A DNA stretch of 64,000 bases from positions 1-64,000 of the forward strand of contig CAYLJV010000006.1 of the NCBI GenBank assembly GCA_964384105.1. Direction: 5' to 3'. The position numbers and the translations under genes are program-made. The notes under the pieces are model-generated. The model was not told where the DNA came from. It saw nothing but the letters and a program-made list of their open reading frames with translations, and did no database searches. Of the stretch, positions 22,672 to 32,272 are shown one piece after another (position 1 is the stretch's first letter; every line of letters begins with the position of its first letter). This DNA is from Candidatus Hadarchaeota archaeon (GTDB lineage: Archaea; Hadarchaeota; Hadarchaeia; Hadarchaeales; JAGGTB01).

Positions 22672-22938
22672 ATGGTAGGAGCACTAATTTTGGTAAACAC
22701 TGGAGCAGGTCACATGCATGATGTTTATGAAAGAACTAGAAAATTAGATGGAGTTGAACGAGCTGAGATGCTTACTGGACCTTACGACATTATGGTTATA
22801 GCAAGAGGAGAAGAAATTACTGAAATTACGAGTACTCTTATTGACAGAATTAGAGATATAAGCGGGGTTGAGGGAACTATTACAAACATTTTCATAAGAC
22901 CTCAGCGCCTGTACCCTGAATTGGGGAGCAAAAAGTAA
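22672..22938 (+). CDS. stand-alone Lrp/AsnC ligand-binding domain protein
   Basis: A.ILVN..G, TGPYDI, IRDISGV; GGAGGTGA before ATG 22672. Confidence 0.85.
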   Translation: MVGALILVNTGAGHMHDVYERTRKLDGVERAEMLTGPYDIMVIARGEEITEITSTLIDRIRDISGVEGTITNIFIRPQRLYPELGSKK

Positions 22939-23007
22939 AATAAAGATATGGAAACATCTCCCCCTCCTTCTCTTTCTAATTACTAACTTACGATTTTATT
23001 TGTTGAT

Positions 23008-23871
23008 TTATTCCAGAGCAGGTGGAACTTTCTTAAGGTCCTCACTCGTCAAATGGGAGTAAATTCGATCAGCAGTTTGAGTTGTAATACCTAAGAACTC
23101 CGCAATATATTTTATTGAGAAGCCAGCTCTTGCCATCTGAGAAGCTCTAGAATGTCTTAGCGAGTGAGGCCGATAACTTATTCCAAGAACCCTGTCCGTC
23201 CATTTGCCTACTATCAGCCTAATTGCCTCTCCAGATATTCTTTTTGGTTCGCCCTTGTTTAACTTGCCATAAGTTACGAATAAAGCGGGGTGATCGTCTG
23301 TTCTCGCTTCTAGGTACTCATCAATAATACTCAAAGTCTTATCACTCATTCTTCTTTGATGTCTTTCGGGTTTCCCTCTGGTTTTTTTCCTAGAGACCAC
23401 CATTATAGGAGGTCTATAATCGTTCTTATCGAGAGAAACAACCTCCCCTCGCCGAGCACCTAAATCAAAAGTTGTAGCTATTATTGCTTTATCTCTTTTC
23501 TTTAGAACACTTTCAACAACTTTTTGAACGTCTTTTGGATTTGGGTAGTCCTTACCCTCAACCACACTTTTTCGTTCTACCCTTGGGTTCTCTAGATCTA
23601 TTTCAGCACCCAGCTCTCTCTCGAAAAATACTTTGATTGCTGAAAAGTGCTTACTTTGACTTGCTTTTGACTGTCCTTGTTTAGAAAGATAGATAAGAAA
23701 ATCGTCAAGGCTTTTTTCATCAGGTTTTCGGTTATTTTCATCAAGCCACTCATCAAATTTCTTCAATGACCAGATATATTGCTTAACAGTGCTTTCACTA
23801 CGAGTTCTTCTGGCTCTATGGACGAAATCTCCTACCTTAATTACCTCAAATTGCCTTCTAGATACACTCAT
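23008..23871 (-). CDS. tyrosine recombinase (XerA/integrase-like)
   Basis: N-terminal SAM-like region, RDKAII..GARRGE, K, HSLRHS, catalytic Y (RIYSH); LGI replaces the usual LGH. Confidence 0.92.
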   Translation of the reverse strand: MSVSRRQFEVIKVGDFVHRARRTRSESTVKQYIWSLKKFDEWLDENNRKPDEKSLDDFLIYLSKQGQSKASQSKHFSAIKVFFERELGAEIDLENPRVERKSVVEGKDYPNPKDVQKVVESVLKKRDKAIIATTFDLGARRGEVVSLDKNDYRPPIMVVSRKKTRGKPERHQRRMSDKTLSIIDEYLEARTDDHPALFVTYGKLNKGEPKRISGEAIRLIVGKWTDRVLGISYRPHSLRHSRASQMARAGFSIKYIAEFLGITTQTADRIYSHLTSEDLKKVPPALE

Positions 23872-23907
23872 ATCAAACTACCCTTACACAAGTTTGAATA
23901 AAAGCCT

Positions 23908-24102
23908 TTTGTTTTAATTATAGTTAAAACAAATAGGGTGTCCATTCATAGGTATAAACAATTATACCTTTTAATTAAAGTATAATTAAATATACTAATA
24001 CTTAATAAATAAAAAAAATTAAATAATTAGGTATACTTAAATAAACCTATTAATTATAAATAAAATACCATCTTAAAAAAGGTATAGTAAAATATACCTT
24101 TT
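23908..24102. repeat. AT-rich array of palindromes with 6-bp spacers
   Basis: AGGTATA-N6-TATACCT-like sites at 23950, 23978, 24029 and 24080, plus TTTGTTTTAA-N6-TTAAAACAAA at 23908. Confidence 0.8.
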
Positions 24103-24543
24103 AAAAAAATATGGGGGTAAATGGCTAACTGATTCCTTTGATGAACATGAGTGGGTAGTCAAGCTGGGAATTTACGCATCTCCAGTTCTACTCAAGCCTC
24201 TTTGTACTTAGAAGTTGTATTAATTTTCAGGGATTGCCAGTCAGATCACAATACACATAGGACGAATTGCTTTTTTCATTCAAATCGACTATTGCTTCCG
24301 ATTCTGTTATATAAGGGTATGCTAAGGCAAATTCAAGGGCCTTTTGTCTCGGAAAGGTTCCCCAACGATTGATGATAAATTGCGCTTAGGGATATAGCCC
24401 CCCTTCAAACATGGGTTTTTCTCTGTCTCTAGGTGAATCAAAAAATTCATCTCCCGAATCGACCTCTTTCACCGTTATACCATTTTCTTTTTACGTTTGA
24501 AGTTCAAAAGTTATTCTAAGTTTAAAAAAGGATTCTGATATAA

Positions 24544-25500
24544 ATGGCTAAATGCGATTACTGTGACGAAGAAGTATTCATGCCTTACAAATGTGGGTAT
24601 TGTGGTGGAACATTCTGCCCAAAGCATAGACTACCCGAGAACCACGAATGTGAAGGTTTAGAAGAAATTTCAAAAAAATCAAAAGAAGAGGGACGCATAT
24701 ATCGGGATGTCAGTGAAAACCTGAGGCGTAAAACCCCCAGCAATGAACCTCCTAAAAAGTCACATGAGGTAACCTTTGAGATTGGTGACTGGCCGGAAGA
24801 TAGAAGAGAAAAAAGAAAAACATTTGGTTTTTTTGATATAATAAAAAGCTTTTTTCTTAGCAAAGCCACTACGACTTTCCTTTTTGCTATGATACTTATA
24901 TTCATTGGACAACTGATAGCACAAGGAGTGTTGGGGAGTAACTACTACAGATTAGGAGAATATGGAACTTTCATCTATTATCTTGCCCCGTCCTTAAACA
25001 CGGTGATAAATCGACCTTGGACTGTTATAACTTCTATATTTATTCACGGCGGGTTCTCCCATTTAATACTAAATGGAATAGTATTATTTTTCGTGGGATC
25101 TACTCTCGAGAAAATTGTTGGCAAAAAGAAGTTCACTTACCTATTTTTCGGTGCAGGAGCTATAGCAGCAATAGCTCAAATCGCCTTTACCAATCCAGAT
25201 ATTGTAGTCTTAGGAGCAAGCGGTGCCATTTTGGGCATTCTCGGTGCCTTAACTGTCCTAGCACCACGCATGCCAGTCTTTCTCTTTTTCTTAATTCCTA
25301 TGCCCCTCTGGGTATTGACACTTGGGTACGGGATTCTATCTGCAGTTATGGCATTCACTGGATTAGCTGGATCAATCGGTCATATAGCTCATCTCTCCGG
25401 ATTAATAGTTGGATTACTTTATGGATACAAACTCAGAGAGGATAGGAAAAAAGAATATCAACAATATATTCGAAGGCGCTTTGGCAGTAAACCATGGTAA
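24544..25500 (+). CDS. rhomboid intramembrane serine protease with N-terminal AN1 zinc finger
   Basis: CDYC..CGYCGGTFC..HRLPENHEC; H.GFSH..N, GASGA, AHLSG. Confidence 0.95.
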   Translation: MAKCDYCDEEVFMPYKCGYCGGTFCPKHRLPENHECEGLEEISKKSKEEGRIYRDVSENLRRKTPSNEPPKKSHEVTFEIGDWPEDRREKRKTFGFFDIIKSFFLSKATTTFLFAMILIFIGQLIAQGVLGSNYYRLGEYGTFIYYLAPSLNTVINRPWTVITSIFIHGGFSHLILNGIVLFFVGSTLEKIVGKKKFTYLFFGAGAIAAIAQIAFTNPDIVVLGASGAILGILGALTVLAPRMPVFLFFLIPMPLWVLTLGYGILSAVMAFTGLAGSIGHIAHLSGLIVGLLYGYKLREDRKKEYQQYIRRRFGSKPW

Positions 25501-25546
25501 AAGCCACAGAAACTATAAACTTTAATTTTATTATCCTTTCTGCCCT

Positions 25547-25576
25547 AATTAGCCTGCCTAATTGGGAAAAATAGTA
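25547..25576. repeat. dispersed intergenic repeat, copy 2
   Basis: AATTAGCCTGCCTAATTGGGAAAAATAGTA. Confidence 0.7.
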
Positions 25577-25615
25577 AACTAACAAGAGACGTAAAATTGA
25601 CAAGGCGAGATCCAG

Positions 25616-26594
25616 ATGGTAAACAACATTGTTTTAGGTCTATTTAGCAGCCTAATTGCTGCTGTTTTTTTAGGGATTTATCCAGTACCTCGGAAGTATG
25701 TAGATTTCGGAATAAACGACTATATGATAAGCATGACTATAGGCGTTTTTTTAAGCGGTTTTTTTTATAAGCACCCTCATCCTTCAGTCCGTACCCGAAT
25801 CACTTGGTTTTAGTCTGACATATAGTGAACTTAGTTTCGGCTTACTTGCTGGAAGTCTTTGGAGTATAGGGACTATCATGTATGTATACTCTGTAGACTG
25901 TATGGGAGTAGGAAGAGCAACTCCGATAAAAAACATAACAGCTGTTCTAGGTGTTCTGTTTGGTTTAATAGTCTTCCAGGAATACGAAGGCTTGAGTACC
26001 TTTAGTTTGATCACTTTGGCAATTGGAACGATTCTTATAGTGTATGCAGGGAAGATACTCGGCTTCATTCAGGGAAGTACCGGCATATCAAGACCATCCT
26101 GCCCGATTAATTTGGTGGTGCCAAAATTCATGGAGAAGAATAAAAAAACGGCACTAACGGCAGGATGGATACTAGCTTTAGGAGCAGCGTTATTATACGG
26201 ATTAACCTCTATTTCGCTCAAAGTACTCTCATCCTCCACAGAAAGTGTTTTTCAATTTTTACCAATAGTGGGTATTGGTGCTTTGGTAACTTCATTTGCT
26301 GCAGATAGAACACTCACTTCCACACACAGTTGGAGAAGAGAGCCTGTAAAAGAACATCTCTACGCTGTTCTAGGTGGGATACTTTGGGTTATTGGATTTA
26401 TGGGACTGACTCTTGGAATTAAATTCGTAGGACTTTCTATAAGCTGGCCAATGGCTATGTCAAGTACGGTTTTTGCTGTTCTTTATGCAATTCTTTTAGG
26501 AAAAGAAATCGACTTTAGCAATAATAAAAAAACGATAATTAAAGGCCTCTTAGTAGGAATTATCGGAATCGCTTTGTTAGGTAGCAGCATCTAA
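25616..26594 (+). pseudogene. DMT/EamA-like (GRP sugar transporter-like) membrane protein split by one frameshift
   Basis: ORFs 25616-25813 and 25878-26594 join into one multi-TM protein if the T8 run at 25759-66 is T7. Confidence 0.75.
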
Positions 26595-26639
26595 CTTTTT
26601 ATCTTCATAGAAGTCGAATTACGGATCAACAGAATGAAA

Positions 26640-26894
26640 CTACTTAGATTCCACGCCGCCCCACTTAGATATGTAGTATATACCAAATACACATACCAAA
26701 GTTATTACTATGGCAGCTACAATAGCAGTGAGAGCACCGGACATATTTTCAAACTTATCCACATTCAATCCACCCATGTTCATCAAACCTATAATTATAT
26801 CCCTCCAGATCAAAGCTATTATGAAACCAAAAGCTCCACCTATAGCAATAGCAATTGTCCTCTTTACTCCCACCTTTGAAACTCCTTCAGCCAT
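26640..26894 (-). CDS. small two-TM membrane protein (DUF5654-like)
   Basis: AFGFIIALIWRD and A..A.VIT pattern; GGAGGTGA upstream. Confidence 0.8.
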   Translation of the reverse strand: MAEGVSKVGVKRTIAIAIGGAFGFIIALIWRDIIIGLMNMGGLNVDKFENMSGALTAIVAAIVITLVCVFGIYYISKWGGVESK

Positions 26895-27109
26895 AATTCA
26901 CCTCCCAATTTTCAAAGAACAAATGAAATATATAAAGCCTTCAGTATCTGCTGTTTTTAAAAAAAGTTCTAAAAATTTTCTATAATGGAAAAATAGGTAT
27001 TAAGACTCTATTTAATTAGAAAAAAGCCTAAAATATAGACTTCCCGGAGAATAAGTGGATCGAGATTTACTAGACCTTGTTGGAACACTCAATTTAATGC
27101 CAACTGGAT

Positions 27110-27367
27110 TTAAACAAATTTGTATTCGGCAATGAAATTTTCCTCACATTCTCTATTGAATTCCAATAATTCTACGTCACTCCCTTTTGACTTTAGCTCA
27201 TATATCAGATCAACAAAGTATTCATCTACCCCACAGCTGTAGCAAAAGTATCCTTCAAAACGCACTTTAAATCGATCATTCCTTAATTCTAACAGCTCAG
27301 CTCTTACTAGAGGGCTTCGATATTTATTATAAGTCTCAATGGCTTTCTTTAAAGTCTGTTTATTCAT
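27110..27367 (-). CDS. conserved-looking hypothetical protein with CxxC
   Basis: YNKYRSP...F.G.FCYSCG..YF.D pattern. Confidence 0.75.
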   Translation of the reverse strand: MNKQTLKKAIETYNKYRSPLVRAELLELRNDRFKVRFEGYFCYSCGVDEYFVDLIYELKSKGSDVELLEFNRECEENFIAEYKFV

Positions 27368-27387
27368 TTTAAAATGAATGCATCAGA

Positions 27388-28644
27388 TTAGGTCAAATAT
27401 TTCAACCAAAGGCCCAACCAATCCTCGATATGTCTTGTCACCAGGAAATTTTTTCTGACATGTTCCTTACCAGCTCTTCCCATTTCATCTCTTAGTTGTT
27501 CATCGGAGAGAATATCCATTACTTTCCTAGCAACATTTTCGTAATCATGAGGATCCACAAGATAGCCATTAACACCATCCATAATCTGGGCTTCAATTCC
27601 ACCTAAATTGGACCCTACAACAGGTGTTTCTTTCCATAAAGCTTCGGAGACCGCTGTTCCAAAACCCTCTCTAAATGACTTTCTTAGTACAACATCGGAG
27701 GCTCTTTGCACTGAATTAATCATCAAATCTGGAGCATTTATTATCAAACTTACGTCCTCCAGCTCCTCCACTTTCCTTTCAAGTTGATCATACAATTCTT
27801 GTCCTTCCGGGTCGTTTCCCCCCATCCAACCCAACATCACGAGTTGGCAGTCTATTTCCTCTCTTATTCTCTCGTATACTTCCAGAACTCCCAATGGATC
27901 CTTATTTTTGTCTAACCTCGCAATATCCGAGATTATAGGTCTATTATCATCCACCCCAAGTTCTTCAAGATTATTTTTAATCACCTTTTCACTGATCTCC
28001 TTATTTTTATCGGACAGAGGATCGATTGACGGATGGATGACCTCATAATTTTCTAAAAAACTTTCCTTTACAAAGCCGTCCATCTGAAGAATGAACTGAT
28101 CATAAGCCACAGCAAAGGATTTCACGTAATCCCAAACATCAGCATTGGGGTTAGAAAGATTCACATGACAACGCCAGAGCCACGGTTGTTGCTTTTTATA
28201 GTGCATAAGCAGGGGGAGCGGATGAACTCCATGGATGGTTATCAGGTCATGATCTATATGAGTGAAAATTGAGAAATCTCTAATAGTTTCTTCAAAAATT
28301 TTCTTTTCGCGATTAGATAGGCTTACGTCGCTACCCAAAAGTGCATCGTCAAGTTTTTTAGCTACCTCAAAGAAATCGACATTACCTACTATGGACCTCC
28401 ACCCTGCATTAACTCCGATTTCATTTAATAGAGGTGTAATACTTTTCAGTATTTCAGCGACTTCTCCTCCATAATATGTGGAGCTGATTTGGAGTATGTG
28501 GTATTTAGAAAGCTTACTTCCTTTCCGATAGATTTCGGAAACCTTTGACTCTCCTATGAAATCTCTGTAATCCGCAAGTCTTCTTCTCAAATTATCCTCT
28601 TTTATATCGATTTCAAGCGCAAAAAGTGTTTCGTTTGACTTCAT
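27388..28644 (-). CDS. GT4 glycosyltransferase, trehalose synthase TreT-like
   Basis: SSTYYGGEVAEIL, WRCH, PSIDPLS.KN, DPEG, KSFREGFG..VSEALWK. Confidence 0.8.
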   Translation of the reverse strand: MKSNETLFALEIDIKEDNLRRRLADYRDFIGESKVSEIYRKGSKLSKYHILQISSTYYGGEVAEILKSITPLLNEIGVNAGWRSIVGNVDFFEVAKKLDDALLGSDVSLSNREKKIFEETIRDFSIFTHIDHDLITIHGVHPLPLLMHYKKQQPWLWRCHVNLSNPNADVWDYVKSFAVAYDQFILQMDGFVKESFLENYEVIHPSIDPLSDKNKEISEKVIKNNLEELGVDDNRPIISDIARLDKNKDPLGVLEVYERIREEIDCQLVMLGWMGGNDPEGQELYDQLERKVEELEDVSLIINAPDLMINSVQRASDVVLRKSFREGFGTAVSEALWKETPVVGSNLGGIEAQIMDGVNGYLVDPHDYENVARKVMDILSDEQLRDEMGRAGKEHVRKNFLVTRHIEDWLGLWLKYLT

Positions 28645-28695
28645 TTCAATAAACAAAGATAAATATTAACTTTAAAAATTGTTAATGAAATACCG

Positions 28696-29010
28696 GTGGT
28701 TATATTGATTGAAAAACTCGGTGAATTAATTGGAAAAGTGATAACTGATAGAGCTTCGGAGAAATTCGAAGAGTTGGAAGACGCACTAGAACACCTTTAC
28801 TGGTGGGAAAAAGATTACAAGATTAAAAAAACCGAAAATACCATCATATCTAGTGGTATCTGCCCAATATACGAAAAGTATCCCGAGTGGTGTGAAGATG
28901 GGTGTTTGAGGTTCGCCCAAAAAATTGGAGACGAATATGGTTATTCCGTAGAGAGAACGAAAAGAAAACCTGACGAGGAAATCTGTGAATTCAGATTTGA
29001 GAAAAGATAG
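28696..29010 (+). CDS. hypothetical protein (CP..C..C..C; V4R/ligand-binding-like)
   Basis: CPIY..WC..GC..ICEFRF; start uncertain. Confidence 0.65.
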   Translation: MVILIEKLGELIGKVITDRASEKFEELEDALEHLYWWEKDYKIKKTENTIISSGICPIYEKYPEWCEDGCLRFAQKIGDEYGYSVERTKRKPDEEICEFRFEKR

Positions 29011-29071
29011 ATTTCATATCTAGTCTTCCCATAAAATTCAAAAAACATCATCAGAGATAAGTAACCGTAAG

Positions 29072-29413
29072 ATGATCGAGTCTTATTCTTTTGGGGAAAT
29101 AGAAATAGACGGAAAAAAATATACTAACGACGTTATTCTGTTTCCAGATCGAGTTGTGAATGACTGGTGGAGGAAGACTGGTCACTCACTGTCTATAGAT
29201 GATATCGAAGAAGTAGTAAAAGAAGAACCGGAGGTTCTGGTAGTGGGGACCGGTGCTTATGGCCGAATGAACGTCCCGTCTGGGACAAAAGACTATTTGA
29301 AATCGGAAGGAATAGAACTGATTGTAAAAAAGACCAAAAATGCATACAAAACATACAACGAACTTAAAAATAGAGGCAGGGATGTAGTGGGAGCTTTCCA
29401 CTTAACCTGTTAA
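29072..29413 (+). CDS. Mth938-like (DUF498) protein
   Basis: IESYSFG.I.IDG..Y..D, VGTG..G, FHLTC. Confidence 0.93.
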   Translation: MIESYSFGEIEIDGKKYTNDVILFPDRVVNDWWRKTGHSLSIDDIEEVVKEEPEVLVVGTGAYGRMNVPSGTKDYLKSEGIELIVKKTKNAYKTYNELKNRGRDVVGAFHLTC

Positions 29414-29449
29414 CTTTGGTTTTCCGTTAACTCTTCACTTCTGAAATTT

Positions 29450-29562
29450 AGAATATTTACCCTTTGATGTTATATTGACTAAGGTAAATTTTAGAAGCTC
29501 CAAGCTCGTGTGCCATAAACGCGGCTCGATCTCCATCAGTGAAGCCGCCAATTATAGAGTCC
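29450..29562 (-). pseudogene. mptE: fragment of 6-hydroxymethyl-7,8-dihydropterin pyrophosphokinase (MptE/DUF115)
   Basis: minus-strand translation GLYN/GGFTDGDRAAFMAHELGASKIYL, with a frameshift and no start; ends approximate. Confidence 0.75.
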
Positions 29563-29583
29563 ATATGATTCCAAAGTATATCC

Positions 29584-30006
29584 TCACTCAAAGAATTCCT
29601 TAACGTATTTATCAAAACTAGATTCATTTTCTTCAGAGTCCACGATCTCCAATTCTACTTCTACCCCTCCTGAATTGAATGCCTTCCAAGAATTCTCGGT
29701 GTAAGGATATGCTATGATTATATGAACTGATCCAAATCCTTCAAAGAATGATAGATCCGCTTCCGAGGGGTCCGCTCTTGGAGAAGGGTGACTATGCACC
29801 GAGCCACAGGCATCTGAAGAAAGGGGGAGCATGTCCAGTCTCATAATAGCTGATCGGTCAGAGGAGAATGTTCCAGGTAAAAGAAGTATCTCACTGATGA
29901 TATCTCCACTGGACCTCAAAATACCTGCAAATTCATTAGGATGAGAGGTTTTCGAAGCGTGCAAAAACATCATCAGAACTTCTTTATCGATTTTTTTAAT
30001 CTTCAT
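29584..30006 (-). CDS. JAMM/Mov34/MPN+ metalloprotease
   Basis: HPNEF, HSHPS...PS.AD motif. Confidence 0.92.
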   Translation of the reverse strand: MKIKKIDKEVLMMFLHASKTSHPNEFAGILRSSGDIISEILLLPGTFSSDRSAIMRLDMLPLSSDACGSVHSHPSPRADPSEADLSFFEGFGSVHIIIAYPYTENSWKAFNSGGVEVELEIVDSEENESSFDKYVKEFFE

Positions 30007-30132
30007 AAAAATCTCAAACTATTTTTTACTAATCGTTTTAGCATCTAATAATTTTAGGTCGCTATTCTAGAAATCATCAAAAAATAATAAGTTAACTATA
30101 AGTAGCATCTTCATCGATTTAATTTCTCAGTT

Positions 30133-30149
30133 AATTAGGCAGGCTTATC
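30133..30149. repeat. dispersed intergenic repeat, copy 3 (inverted, partial)
   Basis: AATTAGGCAGGCTTATC is the reverse complement of GATAAGCCTGCCTAATT. Confidence 0.5.
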
Positions 30150-30188
30150 GGAGGAAAAACTGGATCAGATTAAGAACAATCAAGTAAC

Positions 30189-31190
30189 TTAATCTAAATT
30201 TTTTCTAATTGCCTCTGTAGTAGAGACCATTTTCTTTAGTTTTTCTATCGATTCTTCTTTGGTTCTTGTTTTCAGACCACAGTCTGGGTCGATCCAGACT
30301 TGCTCGAGGTCCAAAACTTCAAGCGCTCTTTTTATCCGAGACTCAACCGTTTCTTTATTTTCTACAATATGTGAATGTACGTCGATCACTCCAAATGAAA
30401 GATCCTTAGTAAAAGGCTTTTTCTCAAAAAGAGTAGTCAGATCAAGATCGCTATTGGACATCTCCAAGTCAAAATTGTCTACCGGCAGATTGAGCATCTC
30501 AGGATAAATAAACTCAAAAGCACCGTAACATATGTGTGTGATGAAATAAGCGTCCAAGTCTTGAGTAACTATTTCCATGGCTTTTTCGGCGAAAGCAGGT
30601 AACTCTTCTGGTCTTGTTGAAATAGCGGGTTCATCAACTTGTATAATTTTAGCTCCAGCTTTTATCAGTGATTCGACCTCTTTTCGAAGATTTTCTGCTA
30701 GTGCTAAACATGCAGATTCTCTATCAGGATAATATTCATTAAAAGACCAATCCATCATAGTGTAAGGTCCAGTAATAACTCCTTTAACAGGTTTATCAGT
30801 CAGACTTTGAGCAAACTCCCAAGTATCCAGAGTTATAGGCCCATTCCAATCAATTTCGTTCTTTATTATCGGCTTTCTATAATATCTGTTATCATAAGAT
30901 CTAACAAGACCACTCATCTCGAATCCAGCAAGATTCCTAGCAAAGAAAGCCGCCATGTCACCTCGGTCCATTTCCCCATCGACTAAAATATCTAAGCCTA
31001 TCTCCTCTTGGATTTCTATCCACTCTTTAGTGGCTTCTTCTTCGATAGGCCTAAGTTTCTCCTGGTTCAAATTATCTTTCAAATATTCCCTTCTTGCTTT
31101 CTTCAGTTTTTCCGGTTTTGGGTAGCTTCCAACAGCGGTAGTAGGTAGGATGGGTAAATCAAGTCCTAGATCAGTCAGTTTTTTCCTCAT
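30189..31190 (-). CDS. metE: cobalamin-independent methionine synthase, catalytic half of split MetE
   Basis: TTAVGSYPKP, DGE..R, QVDEPA, Zn ligands HICY / E / PDCGLKT. Confidence 0.9.
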   Translation of the reverse strand: MRKKLTDLGLDLPILPTTAVGSYPKPEKLKKARREYLKDNLNQEKLRPIEEEATKEWIEIQEEIGLDILVDGEMDRGDMAAFFARNLAGFEMSGLVRSYDNRYYRKPIIKNEIDWNGPITLDTWEFAQSLTDKPVKGVITGPYTMMDWSFNEYYPDRESACLALAENLRKEVESLIKAGAKIIQVDEPAISTRPEELPAFAEKAMEIVTQDLDAYFITHICYGAFEFIYPEMLNLPVDNFDLEMSNSDLDLTTLFEKKPFTKDLSFGVIDVHSHIVENKETVESRIKRALEVLDLEQVWIDPDCGLKTRTKEESIEKLKKMVSTTEAIRKNLD

Positions 31191-32170
31191 TCTATAACAC
31201 CTTCTGCATTTTCAGCGATTTCTACCATATGTTGTATCTTTTCATATGCTCTTTTTCGAGGTAGATATTCCAGTCCACATGAAGGATTCAAATAAATCTT
31301 ATCGTGAACGATCGAGGAAGCGACCTTTTTGACAGTGGAAACTACCTCTTCGGTTTTTTCCATTTTAGTATTTCGTGCATCTATGAGGCCGAGTCCCAGA
31401 AGTTTATCAGATCCCCTACTCTCAATGAGGTCGGGAAGTTCCGGACTATAGGTGAAATCCAGACCAAGAAAGTCAATCGGTAAATCCTGAAATCTATCGT
31501 AGAAATTAGTTGAGTCTCCAAAGTAGACATATAGGTCTAACTGTGAACTTCCTTTTGCTTCTGCCACTTTTTCTATACCTGTAGCGAAAATTTCGTAGTC
31601 ACCCTCCTCTCCTAAGATAGCCGGCTCATCTATCTGTATTTCTTTCGCACCGGCTCGAACCAATTCTTCAACTTCGTTAGAGACAATGTCAGAAAAGGCC
31701 AAAGTTAGATCTTCAATATCATTATAATATTTGTCAATCGAATACTTAGAAAGTGTATATGGGCCGGTCAGAACGGGTTTTAACGTTTTTTTGGAAATTT
31801 TATCTGCGTATAGAAATTCACTTTTGACAGTAGGCTCCTTCCAGCTAACTTCATCAACAATTACTGGTTGTCTAAAGTAGAAATTTGTGTCAAAATATCT
31901 GAGTAGTCCGTTTATATCGCATCCTTCAATATTCCTGGCAAAATGAGAAATTGGATCGTACCATCTCAGTTGTCCATCCGTTACAATATCAAGGCCGGCC
32001 TTTTCTTGTTCTCTTATGACTTCTTTCGTATAGCTCTTATAGACCTCCTCGAGCTCATTATCCGATATCTCACCGGTTTCCCATTTTTGATAAGCTTGCC
32101 TTAGACGTAATTGTTCCTCACTTTCCCCTACTCTCGGATAGCTTCCCGAATTCCCAGTTAAAATTTCCAT
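31187..32170 (-). CDS. MetE N-terminal-half homologue (non-catalytic partner)
   Basis: GSYPR, TDGQLRW.D, RYFDTNFYFRQP, QIDEPA; lacks HxC; overlaps metE. Confidence 0.85.
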   Translation of the reverse strand: MEILTGNSGSYPRVGESEEQLRLRQAYQKWETGEISDNELEEVYKSYTKEVIREQEKAGLDIVTDGQLRWYDPISHFARNIEGCDINGLLRYFDTNFYFRQPVIVDEVSWKEPTVKSEFLYADKISKKTLKPVLTGPYTLSKYSIDKYYNDIEDLTLAFSDIVSNEVEELVRAGAKEIQIDEPAILGEEGDYEIFATGIEKVAEAKGSSQLDLYVYFGDSTNFYDRFQDLPIDFLGLDFTYSPELPDLIESRGSDKLLGLGLIDARNTKMEKTEEVVSTVKKVASSIVHDKIYLNPSCGLEYLPRKRAYEKIQHMVEIAENAEGVIE

Positions 32171-32272
32171 TTTCTTACCTTCTCGTCAACAATAGAGTCA
32201 GTAATCTTAATAAATTTCTTCATTAATTCCAAAAATTTAACGGGTCACTAAAAAAATATAATCCTGAATAAG

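Noticed and set aside
23880-24120. Replication origin or CRISPR array interpretation of the AT-rich tract
   Set aside because: No ORB-like boxes or cdc6 gene; repeats are short palindromes without CRISPR repeat/spacer lengths, and there are no cas genes.
24151-24372. 73-aa ORF and surrounding coding-like sequence
   Set aside because: No motif or SD; no frame on either strand gave a recognisable product.
23008-24540. Integrated virus or plasmid around the recombinase
   Set aside because: No tRNA/att duplication and no replication, capsid or conjugation genes; neighbours are housekeeping genes.
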